64,000 nucleotides of DNA from NCBI GenBank assembly GCA_963667035.1, contig OY762964.1, positions 480,001 to 544,000 of the forward strand, read 5' to 3'. The position numbers were made by a program, and so were the translations under genes. Each line of letters begins with the position of its first letter. Position 1 is the stretch's first letter. The notes under the pieces are model-generated. The model ran no database searches, had not been told where the DNA came from, and saw only the letters and a list, made by a program, of their open reading frames with translations. Below, piece after piece: positions 51,101 through 60,250 of this stretch. The DNA is from Candidatus Cloacimonadales bacterium (lineage in GTDB: Bacteria > Cloacimonadota > Cloacimonadia > Cloacimonadales > JAFGVF01).

Positions 51101-51449
51101 CTTGACTCATTACTTCATTAGCAGCATTAGCACCAGTCCAGATTTTCAGTGTATAATCACACTGAGCTTCACTAGGATGGAATCTAATTTGTTCAATAGT
51201 TAATCCTGCATAAGGAGCGATGCCCGTAACATCCCATCTTATAGCAGCATCGAAATTTGCTGCAGCACCCGTACCAATATTACCTGTGTTGTGACCATTG
51301 TCATAATGCATCCAACCCGGGGTACCTGCCGGGTCATCCCATGTTACTAAACCTGTGTAACTATCAACTTCTACATCAGTAGGAGCATTCTGTGCGAACA
51401 GACCTACTGCTAAGAAGCAGACTAGTAAAAGAAGAATTGATTTTTTCAT
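48192..51449 (-). CDS. Secreted multi-module surface protein (repeated jelly-roll-like and FN3-like modules) with C-terminal sorting domain
   Basis: Signal peptide; three to four repeats with A.RW..KIWTG.NA..WN...L.TP..I..EELW.G..GNW.I.A; CTD NFPNPFNPETTI..SGVYFYK..KMVLMK. Confidence 0.82.
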   Translation of the reverse strand: MKKSILLLLVCFLAVGLFAQNAPTDVEVDSYTGLVTWDDPAGTPGWMHYDNGHNTGNIGTGAAANFDAAIRWDVTGIAPYAGLTIEQIRFHPSEAQCDYTLKIWTGANAANEVMSQVVAAPSINEWNSVTLTTPYQISGTEELWIGYNCNTTTGHPAGTDDSSPTIGGYGNMMYYQGSWRQLTSINPELVGNWNIQAYAADNSGRPVAIANYNPESIPATPVVNPGFEYVASSRVERTLLGFNVYLDGTAVASNIQAHEFLLDPIDLIPNAEHIVGVSATHDSGESTPVNVTFTYQPPFYGIFPPSNVSVIETGGVLTWDEPIIDGTWIGWSNDTMLGSIGWEGGGSITVANRWATTDLADYTNTSIIKARFVPGNSACIYTMKIWTGANAANLIWQQEVDDVVSGVWNEILLPTAIPIDGSQEIWVGYTAIHADDEFPAAYDNTDSVVGKGDKVLNGGQWLDASVAFGASFSNNWMIGALTFDGTATRTLSHSSSLPQTIDTNSYELATNINTEATPVERSLTSYNVYLDGQLVGEDVLTDSYVFTGLTSGSTHLAGVASVYHEGESDVVELPFTYYPAGFFYEPTDLTAVQNDTGVQLDWVAPIVPDYETMSYCSDENYDGIGGPTIMSFDVASRWTLAELIPYHGMYLTEIDFYAREATCDYTVKVWTGNNAINTVAEVPVTNPTINAWNTITLPTPIQIDMTEELWFGLHMVSNGTNPAPIDAGPAVAGRGDMIRLSNSWVSITEDTAGGETPISGNWNIKARTVYDITPDRDADSYEVYHSSNGTDFTMLGTTTELTYTHDVPAPEAFNYYQVKAVYDGSPSNPAEVNLFVMPDYYETLLHDDNTSEIGVTAGPTNKMAVKFSAQAGAQLEMIHLYIDTPGTSPLIYRIYDNDGPNGTPLSQVLQSTVSPASIVTGWNTILLPEGQEYTDEEDGIFYVCIVEIGNVSVIGKDTSSNGYSFLQVGTSEWTPITDGNIMIRATVNNSTDTNEQVAVQKFELNNFPNPFNPETTIKYSVPTTGHTTLKIYNMRGQLVDTLVNGNVTKGSNEIVWKADNHTSGVYFYKLENGGQTKVNKMVLMK

Positions 51450-51493
51450 CAATTTGCCTCCACTTATTTTTTTTCTGGTTGTATCTAAATCTT

Positions 51494-52051
51494 TTAAAGA
51501 TTATTACAAAATTCTCTCTCGGAGAATATCTCCGCTGAAAAGCGGAATATTTTAGTTCCATTTTCTTTCCAGGAGTATTTAGGTAAGCCTGCTTTTATAC
51601 AGGTCTCCCGGAGCAATGTTTCGACATCAAAATTATGTTCAATAGCAACTTGGGGTAACAACAAACCCGAGTAAAAGTCCTTTACTATGAACAAACCATC
51701 TCTTCCAATGACAATCTCATTCTCATTAGTAACAGCATTCATTTCGCTTAGAATTGAAATCTCTATTGAAACATCATTTAATTCTCCAACACCAACAGTT
51801 GGGAATCTGGGATCTTCTGTCGCTGCCGCTACTGCCATTCTCTTTACTGTGTTATAAACTGAATCCACAGCTTTGACAAAACCTATGCAACCTCTCAAGT
51901 TGCCATTCTTATGGAGAGTTACAAACCCTCCGGCTTTTCTTTGAAATACCGGATTATCGGGAACAGATGTTATAACTTCCTGTCCTCTTAAATGTGTTGA
52001 TATAGACTCTCTTGCTAATCTAAGAAGGAATCTCTTCTCTTCACTATTCAT
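51494..52051 (-). CDS. amrA: AmmeMemoRadiSam system protein A (AMMECR1 domain)
   Basis: FVTL..LRGCIG, DPRF, GLLLPQVA, CIKAG. Confidence 0.93.
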   Translation of the reverse strand: MNSEEKRFLLRLARESISTHLRGQEVITSVPDNPVFQRKAGGFVTLHKNGNLRGCIGFVKAVDSVYNTVKRMAVAAATEDPRFPTVGVGELNDVSIEISILSEMNAVTNENEIVIGRDGLFIVKDFYSGLLLPQVAIEHNFDVETLLRETCIKAGLPKYSWKENGTKIFRFSAEIFSEREFCNNL

Positions 52052-52874
52052 TATCGTCTACCAAACTTTCCATAACAATTGAAGTGTAACCAACAACATT
52101 ATCATAATCCTTATTTATCTGCCCGGAATTAGAGTAGCATAATTTTCGGAATTTTGCCTTCTTGACCTCTCTGGCAATCTGCATAAGGGTTAATACTCCG
52201 CCCATCCCACAGGCTTCGCATTTTCCTAAGCTTTTAGCATCCAATAATGCTTCTATATTTCCGGAAAGAACCAGATTAATAAATATATTATCTTTTTTCT
52301 CTGCTAAATCTACAGGGAAATAGTGTGATAAATCCGTTGAAATAACGATCTTTGTTCTCTCACGGTCTTTACTATATAAATCAAAAATCTTTTCTGCCAG
52401 AATCTTACTATTATTAAGAGTCTGATTTGCAAATATCACAGGTATTATCTTTGCTTCGGGAGCAACCATCTTGATGAATGGAAGTTGAACTTCCATTGAA
52501 TGTTCTCTTTCATGGAGCATCGGGTCAAAAATAAAACCTTCATGCGATAATAGAGTTTCAACACCTTCTCTGTCAACTTTTAGTTTTCCAAGAGGTGTTT
52601 CATAGAAGTTATAATCCCCTACAGAAAAGGCTATATGATTTGATATATGTGAAGGAGCAATCAGAATTATTCGTTCAATATTTTCACCATAAAATGTCTT
52701 GTAGCCGTAAGCTGCACATTGTCCGGAGTAGAGATATCCGGCATGAGGTACTATAATTCCGAGAGCTTTTCCGAAGTAATCGGGAGCGTGTTCTAACAGA
52801 TTTGTTAACTCACGGGTTAACTCGTCCGCTCTTCTCGGATAGAAGTGACCGGCAACATAGGCTTTTCTATTCAT
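52044..52874 (-). CDS. amrB: AmmeMemoRadiSam system protein B (MEMO1 family)
   Basis: AGHFYP, VPHAGY.YSG, EHSMEVQLPF, STDLSHY, ACG. Confidence 0.93.
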   Translation of the reverse strand: MNRKAYVAGHFYPRRADELTRELTNLLEHAPDYFGKALGIIVPHAGYLYSGQCAAYGYKTFYGENIERIILIAPSHISNHIAFSVGDYNFYETPLGKLKVDREGVETLLSHEGFIFDPMLHEREHSMEVQLPFIKMVAPEAKIIPVIFANQTLNNSKILAEKIFDLYSKDRERTKIVISTDLSHYFPVDLAEKKDNIFINLVLSGNIEALLDAKSLGKCEACGMGGVLTLMQIAREVKKAKFRKLCYSNSGQINKDYDNVVGYTSIVMESLVDDNE

Positions 52875-52981
52875 AAAGTGCTCTTCCTTATCATTTTCTC
52901 AAGGATATTTTTTTGTTGTTAATTTATCAAGAACTTTTTTTATTAGCACTAATTAATATCAACATTCAGAGTTAGAATATC

Positions 52982-54277
52982 CTATTTATTATTGAATAGA
53001 TTAGCTTTCTCCTTGAGTATCTCTGCAACTGTATATAGAGAACCGCAGACTATTATAATATCGTCATTAGTGCTATCGGATAGGAGTGCTTTAGCTCCTT
53101 CGTAAAGGGTGTCGTATGGTTTAAAGGGCACATTGGTTTTCTTAACAACAGGTAACAATTCCTCCACAAGAGCTGAGCGTTGTGAGTTGCTCTGTGAAAT
53201 TGAGAAAGATTCTGCAATCTTAGCCATGGAATTTATCATAAATTCATAAGGTTTATCTCTTAGAATGGCAGTAAGGAATTTAAATTTACGTCCGGGGAAA
53301 ATCTCTCTCAGGTTATCAATCAGGAATGTTAATCCCTCTTCATTATGGGCTCCGTCGAGAATTACAAGGGGTTGCTTGTTCAATATCTGCATTCTACCCT
53401 GCCAGTTAACACTGTTTAGACCTTTTCTAAGAATCTCTTCCTTCCATTGCATTCCTTTCCCTTTTAAATATAAAAGATAGCAGGTTAAAGCAACGGAAGC
53501 ATTGTATGCTTGATGTTTTCCAAGCAAGTTTACAGTTAAATCCTTGAATTCAACGCCTAACTCCGGGAAGGAATAATCGAAGTGAGTACCTTCCGCATCA
53601 AGTTTTATGTTTGATACTTTGAATTCTTCATTATAGCGATACATAGGAGCTTGCATCTCCATTGCTTTATCTGAAATAATTTGTAAAGCTTCGGTAGGGA
53701 TGTTTCCTGTTGCGATAGGAACATTCTTTTTAATAATACCGGCTTTTTCATAAGCAATCTTAGCGATTGAATCTCCTAAACTCTTTACATGATCAAGAGC
53801 AATACTGGTTATTGCTGTTACTGAAGAGTTAAAAGGTTTAGTAGCATCGAGTCTACCGCCCAGACCAACTTCAAATATTGCCACATCCAGTTTTTTTTCT
53901 GCAAACAAAGAGAAAGCCATTGAAGTGGAGATCTCGAAGAATGATGCTTCAGTTTTCTCAATCACATTTTCCCACTTCATGTATGTTTCCACAATCTCAT
54001 CAAAAGTAATGTTTTCTCCGTTTATACGGAAACGTTCCATATACTCAACAAGATGAGGAGAAGAGTTAAATCCGGTTGTGAATCCTTGTTGTAAAGCTAA
54101 TGCCTCCAAAGTAGCACAAGTAGAACCTTTGCCGTTAGTTCCTCCGATATGAAATCCTTCAAGCTTCATATTTGGATAATCCATGATTTCCATAATTTTG
54201 TACATTCTATCAAGACCTAGTTTTACATTTCCTGAATAGCGCTGATAGATATATTCCAACAACTTATCGTATTCCAC
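52982..54277 (-). CDS. folC: Bifunctional folylpolyglutamate synthase/dihydrofolate synthase
   Basis: GTNGKGS, SPHL, EVGLGGRLDAT, LDGAHN, GSLY. Confidence 0.96.
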   Translation of the reverse strand: MEYDKLLEYIYQRYSGNVKLGLDRMYKIMEIMDYPNMKLEGFHIGGTNGKGSTCATLEALALQQGFTTGFNSSPHLVEYMERFRINGENITFDEIVETYMKWENVIEKTEASFFEISTSMAFSLFAEKKLDVAIFEVGLGGRLDATKPFNSSVTAITSIALDHVKSLGDSIAKIAYEKAGIIKKNVPIATGNIPTEALQIISDKAMEMQAPMYRYNEEFKVSNIKLDAEGTHFDYSFPELGVEFKDLTVNLLGKHQAYNASVALTCYLLYLKGKGMQWKEEILRKGLNSVNWQGRMQILNKQPLVILDGAHNEEGLTFLIDNLREIFPGRKFKFLTAILRDKPYEFMINSMAKIAESFSISQSNSQRSALVEELLPVVKKTNVPFKPYDTLYEGAKALLSDSTNDDIIIVCGSLYTVAEILKEKANLFNNK

Positions 54278-54525
54278 ATTAACTCCTTAGCATGCGTATT
54301 TTCAAAATACATTTGTGTACTTAAGAAAAGATAGTGATTTTACGGTCAATCTAAATGTTTATGTTCTTTACACAATTATAAATATACAATGTAAAGCATT
54401 ATTTACAATCAGTTAGTTTATCAATACAATAATACTTATTCGCAGTGCGATTTGCAAGCACTTATGCCTTTTCCTTGTCCTTTTTTTGCTCTTTTTCTCC
54501 CCATGCTGTGCAGTCACAATTAACG

Positions 54526-54615
54526 CACTGTTTTTGCACTGCTTTCCCGCTGTGAACACGCTGTCCACCCACTGAAACACCGGGTTGACAGTGCCTGCAC
54601 AGTGCAAAAACAGTG
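54526..54615. repeat. 90-bp imperfect palindrome with 11-bp-phased CACTG/CAGTG motifs, copy B
   Basis: C(A/G)CTG at 54526, 54537, 54548, 54559, 54570; CAGTG at 54589, 54600, 54611; collinear with copy A. Confidence 0.9.
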
Positions 54616-54955
54616 GGAAAACTCTACTTTGGTAGAATATTTATAAAGAGAGCCGGTAGAGCGATCAGAAAACGATAGATTAAGTGACAGAAAATTGCTT
54701 GCCTATAAGAAATAATATGAGCAAATTAACAAACATAGGATAAGATTCTTCAGCATATATTCACTTCCTTTTATAAGGCTATTCGGATATTATATTGATT
54801 GTGCTTTACCCAAAAGGTTTCGAACATGCTCGGGTTAGATTCTCTTACATATTGATTGACATTGATAGAAAATCAGGCAAAATGACATTTGGAATGCTAT
54901 GTTCCATTTAACAATAATTAAATCGTATCGGGAGATACCGGCATAAGGAGTAATA

Positions 54956-56206
54956 ATGAGTTCAGTTGCGATACTGGGTTGTATTTGGGGTGATGAGGCT
55001 AAGGCAAAAATAGTTGATGTAATAGGTACGGATGCGGATATTGTAGTTAGGTTCCAAGGTGGCAGTAATGCCGGGCATACAATAATCTGCGATGGTAAGA
55101 AATATGTTTTACATATGGTTCCTTCCGGTATAGTAAACCCTGATCTAACATGTGTGATAGCTCCCGGAGTAGTAATGAATCCGATTGAAGTTATTGATGA
55201 GATTAAAGGACTGGAAGATATGGGAGTGAACTTCGAAGGACGTTTACTTATTGACCCGAGAGTCAGCTTGGTTTTACCTATCCACAAATTACTTGATTGT
55301 AAATCGGAAGACGATTGTAATCAAAAGAAGATTGGAACAACGAAAAGAGGTATCGGACCTGCTTATTCAGATGCAATAGCCAGGAATGGCTTGAAGCTTT
55401 ATCAACTATACGATGAAGCAAATCTTGAAGCTAATCTTACTAAATTATACAGTTTTCATAATATAATCCCGGAAGACCTTGAGAATGAGATTAAAGAGCT
55501 CAAGGTAGCCGCTACTTATCTGAAGCCTTTTGTTAAACAGACTCCCTATTTCTTAAATGAACAATATAATGAGGGAAAGAAAATTATCTTTGAAGGAGCT
55601 CAGGGTTCTCTTTTAGACATTACTTATGGTAGTTATCCTTTTGTAACTTCATCTCACACAATATCTGGCGGAATATCAATCGGTTCCGGTATGGCTCCCG
55701 GTAAAATAGATAAGATTATCGGAGTCTACAAAGCCTACTTTACCAGAGTGGGAGAAGGTCCTTTCCCTACAGAACTTTTTGATGCAACAGGAGATAAGAT
55801 TAGAGAACAAGGGCATGAATTCGGTTCTACTACGGGAAGACCTCGCAGATGTGGATGGTTTGATGCCGTAGCTAGCAGATATACCGCAATGCTAAACGGA
55901 TTGGATGAAATAGCTGTTACTCTTGTTGATGTGCTATCAGGAGTCGGTGATATTAAGATTTGTCATTCTTATAGAATAGACGGGGAAGAGGTTACAGAGT
56001 TTCCTGCAGATGCCACTATGCTAGCAAAAGCAGAGCCTTTATATGAAACATTGCCCGGTTGGAACGAAGATATCAGTTCTATAACTGATTATGACGATTT
56101 ACCCGAGAATGCTAAACAGTACATAAAAAGGATAGAAGAATTGTTGCAAGTTCCTGTGAAGATAGTTTCAGTGGGACCGGACAGAAAACAAACAATCTTT
56201 TTATAA
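54956..56206 (+). CDS. purA: Adenylosuccinate synthetase
   Basis: WGDEAKAK, GGSNAGHT, IGTTKRGIGP, TTGRPRRCGW. Confidence 0.98.
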   Translation: MSSVAILGCIWGDEAKAKIVDVIGTDADIVVRFQGGSNAGHTIICDGKKYVLHMVPSGIVNPDLTCVIAPGVVMNPIEVIDEIKGLEDMGVNFEGRLLIDPRVSLVLPIHKLLDCKSEDDCNQKKIGTTKRGIGPAYSDAIARNGLKLYQLYDEANLEANLTKLYSFHNIIPEDLENEIKELKVAATYLKPFVKQTPYFLNEQYNEGKKIIFEGAQGSLLDITYGSYPFVTSSHTISGGISIGSGMAPGKIDKIIGVYKAYFTRVGEGPFPTELFDATGDKIREQGHEFGSTTGRPRRCGWFDAVASRYTAMLNGLDEIAVTLVDVLSGVGDIKICHSYRIDGEEVTEFPADATMLAKAEPLYETLPGWNEDISSITDYDDLPENAKQYIKRIEELLQVPVKIVSVGPDRKQTIFL

Positions 56207-56221
56207 AGTCATGGAGGACTT

Positions 56222-57406
56222 ATGAAACGGATGCTATTAACAGCACTTGTTTGTGCTATAGGTTTATTAAGTGCCCAATATCTTGAATTCCCTGCACCTT
56301 GGTATCTTAACAGTTTTTATGATTATTATGCCGATAACTATATCGGGACAAAAGATGCAGGAAGAGGTTATACCGGAACTTCTGTGATGGGTAATATCGA
56401 TAATGTTTATTTGAATCCGGCAGCATTTAAAACGGATTGTTTTCACGTGTATTACGAAATGAATGCTAAGATGCCTTATGACGAGATTAATAAGAATGCG
56501 ACAGGTGATTTAACTTCTCCTTCCGCTCTAGGAATGGTAGGCGTAAGCTCTCAGTTAATGAAGAACCTTAATGTTGGTTTCTCCTATGCTATTCTTAAAT
56601 CGGCACAGTACGACAGAATAAGAGTTGAACTAATGCAAGCTCCGGGTAACTATGTCTTCAGAGACCCTACTTTCATGGACAAAGCTCTTACATTATCAGC
56701 ATCATACCAATTGAATGATTTCTCTTTCGGAATTAATGTTATCAACCATATTTATGACTTCCAAGACTATGTAATCTATGGGTCATATCCTTTTGCAATA
56801 AACGATTTCCGAGAGAATATAGTAAGATTACAACCGGGTTTTTACTGGTCGGACGGCAAGATTGCTGCGGGTTTATCATATACACCTTCAACTAACCATG
56901 AATTTGCAACGGATTACATAACTTACGATACAACCTTGCCCTCTGTTCTTAACAGTGGTGTGTCTTTACAATTAAACAAGCTTTTATTAGCACTCGAAAT
57001 GACAAATGAGTTCTGCTCTGAAATGGATAGTGCATTTGATGATAGAATTAACCTAAAAGCAGGTCTGGAATATAAAGTTGATTCCTACACCTATAGAGTT
57101 GGCTATATTAAACGTTCGGAAGTATGGAACGGAAACTTTGCCATCCCTACATACTATACTCCGGATGATAACGGAAACATTGAATATGAAGTTGATGAGA
57201 TTTTTGGTTTCGAAGATGGACTTGTTGGGAATACGGAACAAAACCTTGTAACAATAGGTTTCGGATGGGAAAGTGAATTCTTTGGTTTGGACGGAGCTTT
57301 GACTCAAGATGTTACGGGAGATGCAGGGAATACCCAATTGCATTTAGGATGTTTCATGAATCTTGATCCTATCTTTAATGTTGTTCTTAAAACCAGAGAG
57401 AACTGA
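56222..57406 (+). CDS. Outer-membrane beta-barrel protein (FadL/PorV-like)
   Basis: Signal peptide, AGRGYTG...YLNPAA N-terminal motif typical of FadL/PorV-type barrels, beta-strand pattern. Confidence 0.6.
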   Translation: MKRMLLTALVCAIGLLSAQYLEFPAPWYLNSFYDYYADNYIGTKDAGRGYTGTSVMGNIDNVYLNPAAFKTDCFHVYYEMNAKMPYDEINKNATGDLTSPSALGMVGVSSQLMKNLNVGFSYAILKSAQYDRIRVELMQAPGNYVFRDPTFMDKALTLSASYQLNDFSFGINVINHIYDFQDYVIYGSYPFAINDFRENIVRLQPGFYWSDGKIAAGLSYTPSTNHEFATDYITYDTTLPSVLNSGVSLQLNKLLLALEMTNEFCSEMDSAFDDRINLKAGLEYKVDSYTYRVGYIKRSEVWNGNFAIPTYYTPDDNGNIEYEVDEIFGFEDGLVGNTEQNLVTIGFGWESEFFGLDGALTQDVTGDAGNTQLHLGCFMNLDPIFNVVLKTREN

Positions 57407-58539
57407 TGACAAAACTGTTTGTAGGTGAGTTTCAAGAATATGATACAGAAAGTATCTATTCATACTTCAAAGAGCATTTTGAGTATATAGGTCTTTGGGA
57501 AAAGCTGAAAGATAAGAAAACAGTTCTCTTGAAACCTAACTTGTTAGGAGCATTTGCTCCCGAAAGATCCGTTACCACTCATCCCTCTGTTGTAGACGCT
57601 ATTATGCGATTATTGGTTGAAAACGATAAGGAAGTGTGGATTGGTGATAGCCCGGGAGGGACGGTTAAACCTCAAAAAGCTTGGAAAGCATCCGGATTGA
57701 GTGATGTCGCTGAAAAGTATAATGCAAAGATTATTCGATTTGGTGAAAACGGCGTCAGAGAAGTTATATACAATGGTGATAAATATCATATCACAGAAGA
57801 TATCTTTCTTGCCGATGCTTGCATTAATCTATGTAAATACAAAACTCATAGTATGGCACGCTATACGGGAGCGGTAAAAAATCTCTACGGACTGATACCC
57901 GGACTTGAAAAAGTAACCCTTCATACCAGATATACCAATATAAAAGATTTCGGTGATTTTGTTGCCGATGTTTATAAACAAGCCAAAGATAGGTTTGTTT
58001 ACCACATATTGGACGGAATTATAGGCATGGAAGGGGAAGGTCCCTCTTCCGGTAATCCCAGAACATTTGGAGTGTTGATTCATTCAGAGAAAGCTTCAGC
58101 AGTGGATTACCTTGCATCTAAGATGATGGGATTTGATTGGCGGGAGTTACCAATGGTGACCAAAGCAATGCATCATGACGGACTTTTGCCTTCAATGATT
58201 GATGTAGAGGACAAGTGGAAGAACTTTGTGTTTAGTAATGTGGATACTGCCTCGGTGGATTTAAGAAGCAAACTTATGTCTATGCTTCCAAGTAGAACCG
58301 AACAGGTTGTGACTAAAATCATGAAGTACTATCCCGACTTTAATGACCAATGCAGATTATGCAAGATATGTGTGAAGAGCTGTCCTGAGCAAGCAATAAG
58401 CTATACAAGAGGGGATAAACATCCTGTGATTAATCTAAACAAATGCATAAGATGTATGTGCTGTCACGAGTTTTGCCCTTATGGTGCAATCTATATTCAT
58501 AAGTCTTTCCTTACCAAACTGGTATTTGGAGATAGATAG
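57406..58539 (+). CDS. DUF362 domain protein with C-terminal 2[4Fe-4S] ferredoxin
   Basis: LLKPNL, TTHP, KTH..TGAVKN, MEGEGP; CRLCKICVKSCP, CIRCMCCHEFCP. Confidence 0.92.
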   Translation: MTKLFVGEFQEYDTESIYSYFKEHFEYIGLWEKLKDKKTVLLKPNLLGAFAPERSVTTHPSVVDAIMRLLVENDKEVWIGDSPGGTVKPQKAWKASGLSDVAEKYNAKIIRFGENGVREVIYNGDKYHITEDIFLADACINLCKYKTHSMARYTGAVKNLYGLIPGLEKVTLHTRYTNIKDFGDFVADVYKQAKDRFVYHILDGIIGMEGEGPSSGNPRTFGVLIHSEKASAVDYLASKMMGFDWRELPMVTKAMHHDGLLPSMIDVEDKWKNFVFSNVDTASVDLRSKLMSMLPSRTEQVVTKIMKYYPDFNDQCRLCKICVKSCPEQAISYTRGDKHPVINLNKCIRCMCCHEFCPYGAIYIHKSFLTKLVFGDR

Positions 58540-58559
58540 AAATTATTAATTACTGTTAT

Positions 58560-58595
58560 AAAGACCGATATGCTTTTAGTGTATCGGTCTTTTTT
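58560..58595 (+). terminator. Intrinsic terminator of the purA operon
   Basis: AAAGACCGATA/TATCGGTCTTT plus T run. Confidence 0.85.
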
Positions 58596-58609
58596 ATTTC
58601 AAAGAAGAT

Positions 58610-58636
58610 GCGGACAGGATGTCCGCGTACCCGGTA
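58610..58636 (-). repeat. Single REP-like element
   Basis: Reverse complement TACCGGGTACGCGGACATCCTGTCCGC matches the first hairpin of the 22263 and 24889 clusters. Confidence 0.85.
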
Positions 58637-58647
58637 TGACAATTTAA

Positions 58648-58676
58648 TTGACTTTAAAACGTGAGTATGTTATACG
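58648..58676 (+). promoter_or_regulatory. Putative sigma70 promoter for pdp
   Basis: TTGACT-N17-TATACG with TG extension. Confidence 0.45.
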
Positions 58677-58706
58677 TGGAATGTATTAAAATCAAGGAAG
58701 TAAACT

Positions 58707-60011
58707 ATGCAGAATCCTACAAAAACAATACTAAAAAAAAGAGACGGAGGGCAGTTAACAGCCCTAGAAATAAAGCATTTTATTGAATCGTATTTAAAAG
58801 GAATTATACCTGAATACCAGATGTCAGCTATGTTGATGGCAATATACATGAAGGGTATGGTTCCCGACGAGATAGCCACACTAACTGATGTGTACATTAA
58901 ATCGGGTGATTTCATTGAGTTTCCAAGTGATATAATCACGGTTGATAAGCATTCAACAGGTGGGGTAGGAGACAAAATATCTTTAATGCTTGCCCCTCTT
59001 GTTGCTTCTTTTGGGGTTCATGTCCCGATGATTTCAGGTCGAGGATTAGGTCACACGGGTGGTACTTTAGATAAACTAGATTCAATACCCGGTTTCAAAA
59101 CTGATATATCAACTGATGAGTTTAAGAGGATTGTCTCGGAGATTGGGCTTTCAATAATCGGACAAACTGACCGATTAGTTCCTGCAGATAAGAGAATTTA
59201 TGCTTTAAGAGACGTAACGGCTACAGTTGAAAGTTTACCGTTAATTACAGCAAGTATCATGAGTAAGAAGATTGCTGAAGGAACTAAGAACCTGGTTGTG
59301 GATTTGAAAGTGGGAGAAGGTGCTTTCATGGATTCAATGGAGAAAGCCGAACAACTAGCAGAACTACTAATCACTACAGGTGAGAAGTTTGGTCAGAAAG
59401 TGACAGTTGTGTTTACTAACATGAATGCTCCGATAGGTTTTTATGTAGGAAACTCATTGGAAGTTATTGAGACTTTCGAATACTTGAAAGGAAAACACAT
59501 CCCGGATGTGGACTTGATAACCCGTACACTTGCAACCGAGATGCTTATAATGACAGGGAAATATAGTGATTGGAACAAGGCTTTTAATGAGACCGGTGTG
59601 AGAGTTGCAGACGGTACGGCTCTGAAGTATTGGGAGAAAATGCTGGAAGTGCAGGGTTCAAATATGAATGTTTGCAATGATTACAGTTTATTTCCCCAAG
59701 CAAAGTATGAAATACCGATTGTTGCTCACACGTCCGGAAGGATAAAGAGTATTGACAGTCGAGGAATCGGGTATGCTTTGATAGACGTTAAAGCGGGACG
59801 TAGAAAGATTACGGATGAGCTGGATTACAGTTCCGGAGCTATGTTAACCCACAAAATCGGTAATGGTGTTTTTGAGAATGAGGATTTAGGTGTTGTGTAT
59901 TGTAATGATAAAGTTGAGGGAGAACGAGTCGCTAAAGTTATAGCGGGATGTTATGAGATTGTTTCGGAGGAAGTTGAAAGAGAGGATATTATTCTGGGAA
60001 TCTGGAGATAA
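58707..60011 (+). CDS. pdp: Pyrimidine-nucleoside (thymidine) phosphorylase
   Basis: DKHSTGGVGDK, SGRGLGHTGGTLDKL, SIMSKK. Confidence 0.96.
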   Translation: MQNPTKTILKKRDGGQLTALEIKHFIESYLKGIIPEYQMSAMLMAIYMKGMVPDEIATLTDVYIKSGDFIEFPSDIITVDKHSTGGVGDKISLMLAPLVASFGVHVPMISGRGLGHTGGTLDKLDSIPGFKTDISTDEFKRIVSEIGLSIIGQTDRLVPADKRIYALRDVTATVESLPLITASIMSKKIAEGTKNLVVDLKVGEGAFMDSMEKAEQLAELLITTGEKFGQKVTVVFTNMNAPIGFYVGNSLEVIETFEYLKGKHIPDVDLITRTLATEMLIMTGKYSDWNKAFNETGVRVADGTALKYWEKMLEVQGSNMNVCNDYSLFPQAKYEIPIVAHTSGRIKSIDSRGIGYALIDVKAGRRKITDELDYSSGAMLTHKIGNGVFENEDLGVVYCNDKVEGERVAKVIAGCYEIVSEEVEREDIILGIWR

Positions 60012-60152
60012 ACAATTTGTGAGGTATTTATCACAGTTTCGTAAAGCGAATAACTATCGGAATTAAACTAAAGGAATAGTATAAAAGCAATAAGGATATT
60101 AGCTTGACAATATAAGCTAATGAATATTTCTGGATATATAGAAGAAATCAAC

Positions 60153-60228
60153 TGCTGGCTCTGGTTTAAAGTCAGCATGTTTTTTGTATATAAATTAGCG
60201 TAATAAACCACTGTCAAGCAGTGGTTTA
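60153..60228 (+). promoter_or_regulatory. Structured leader of the rimP-nusA-infB operon
   Basis: Hairpin 60153..60177 plus T run, and a perfect 10-bp hairpin 60204..60228. Confidence 0.5.
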
Positions 60229-60250
60229 AACTTTATAAAGAGAAGATAAT

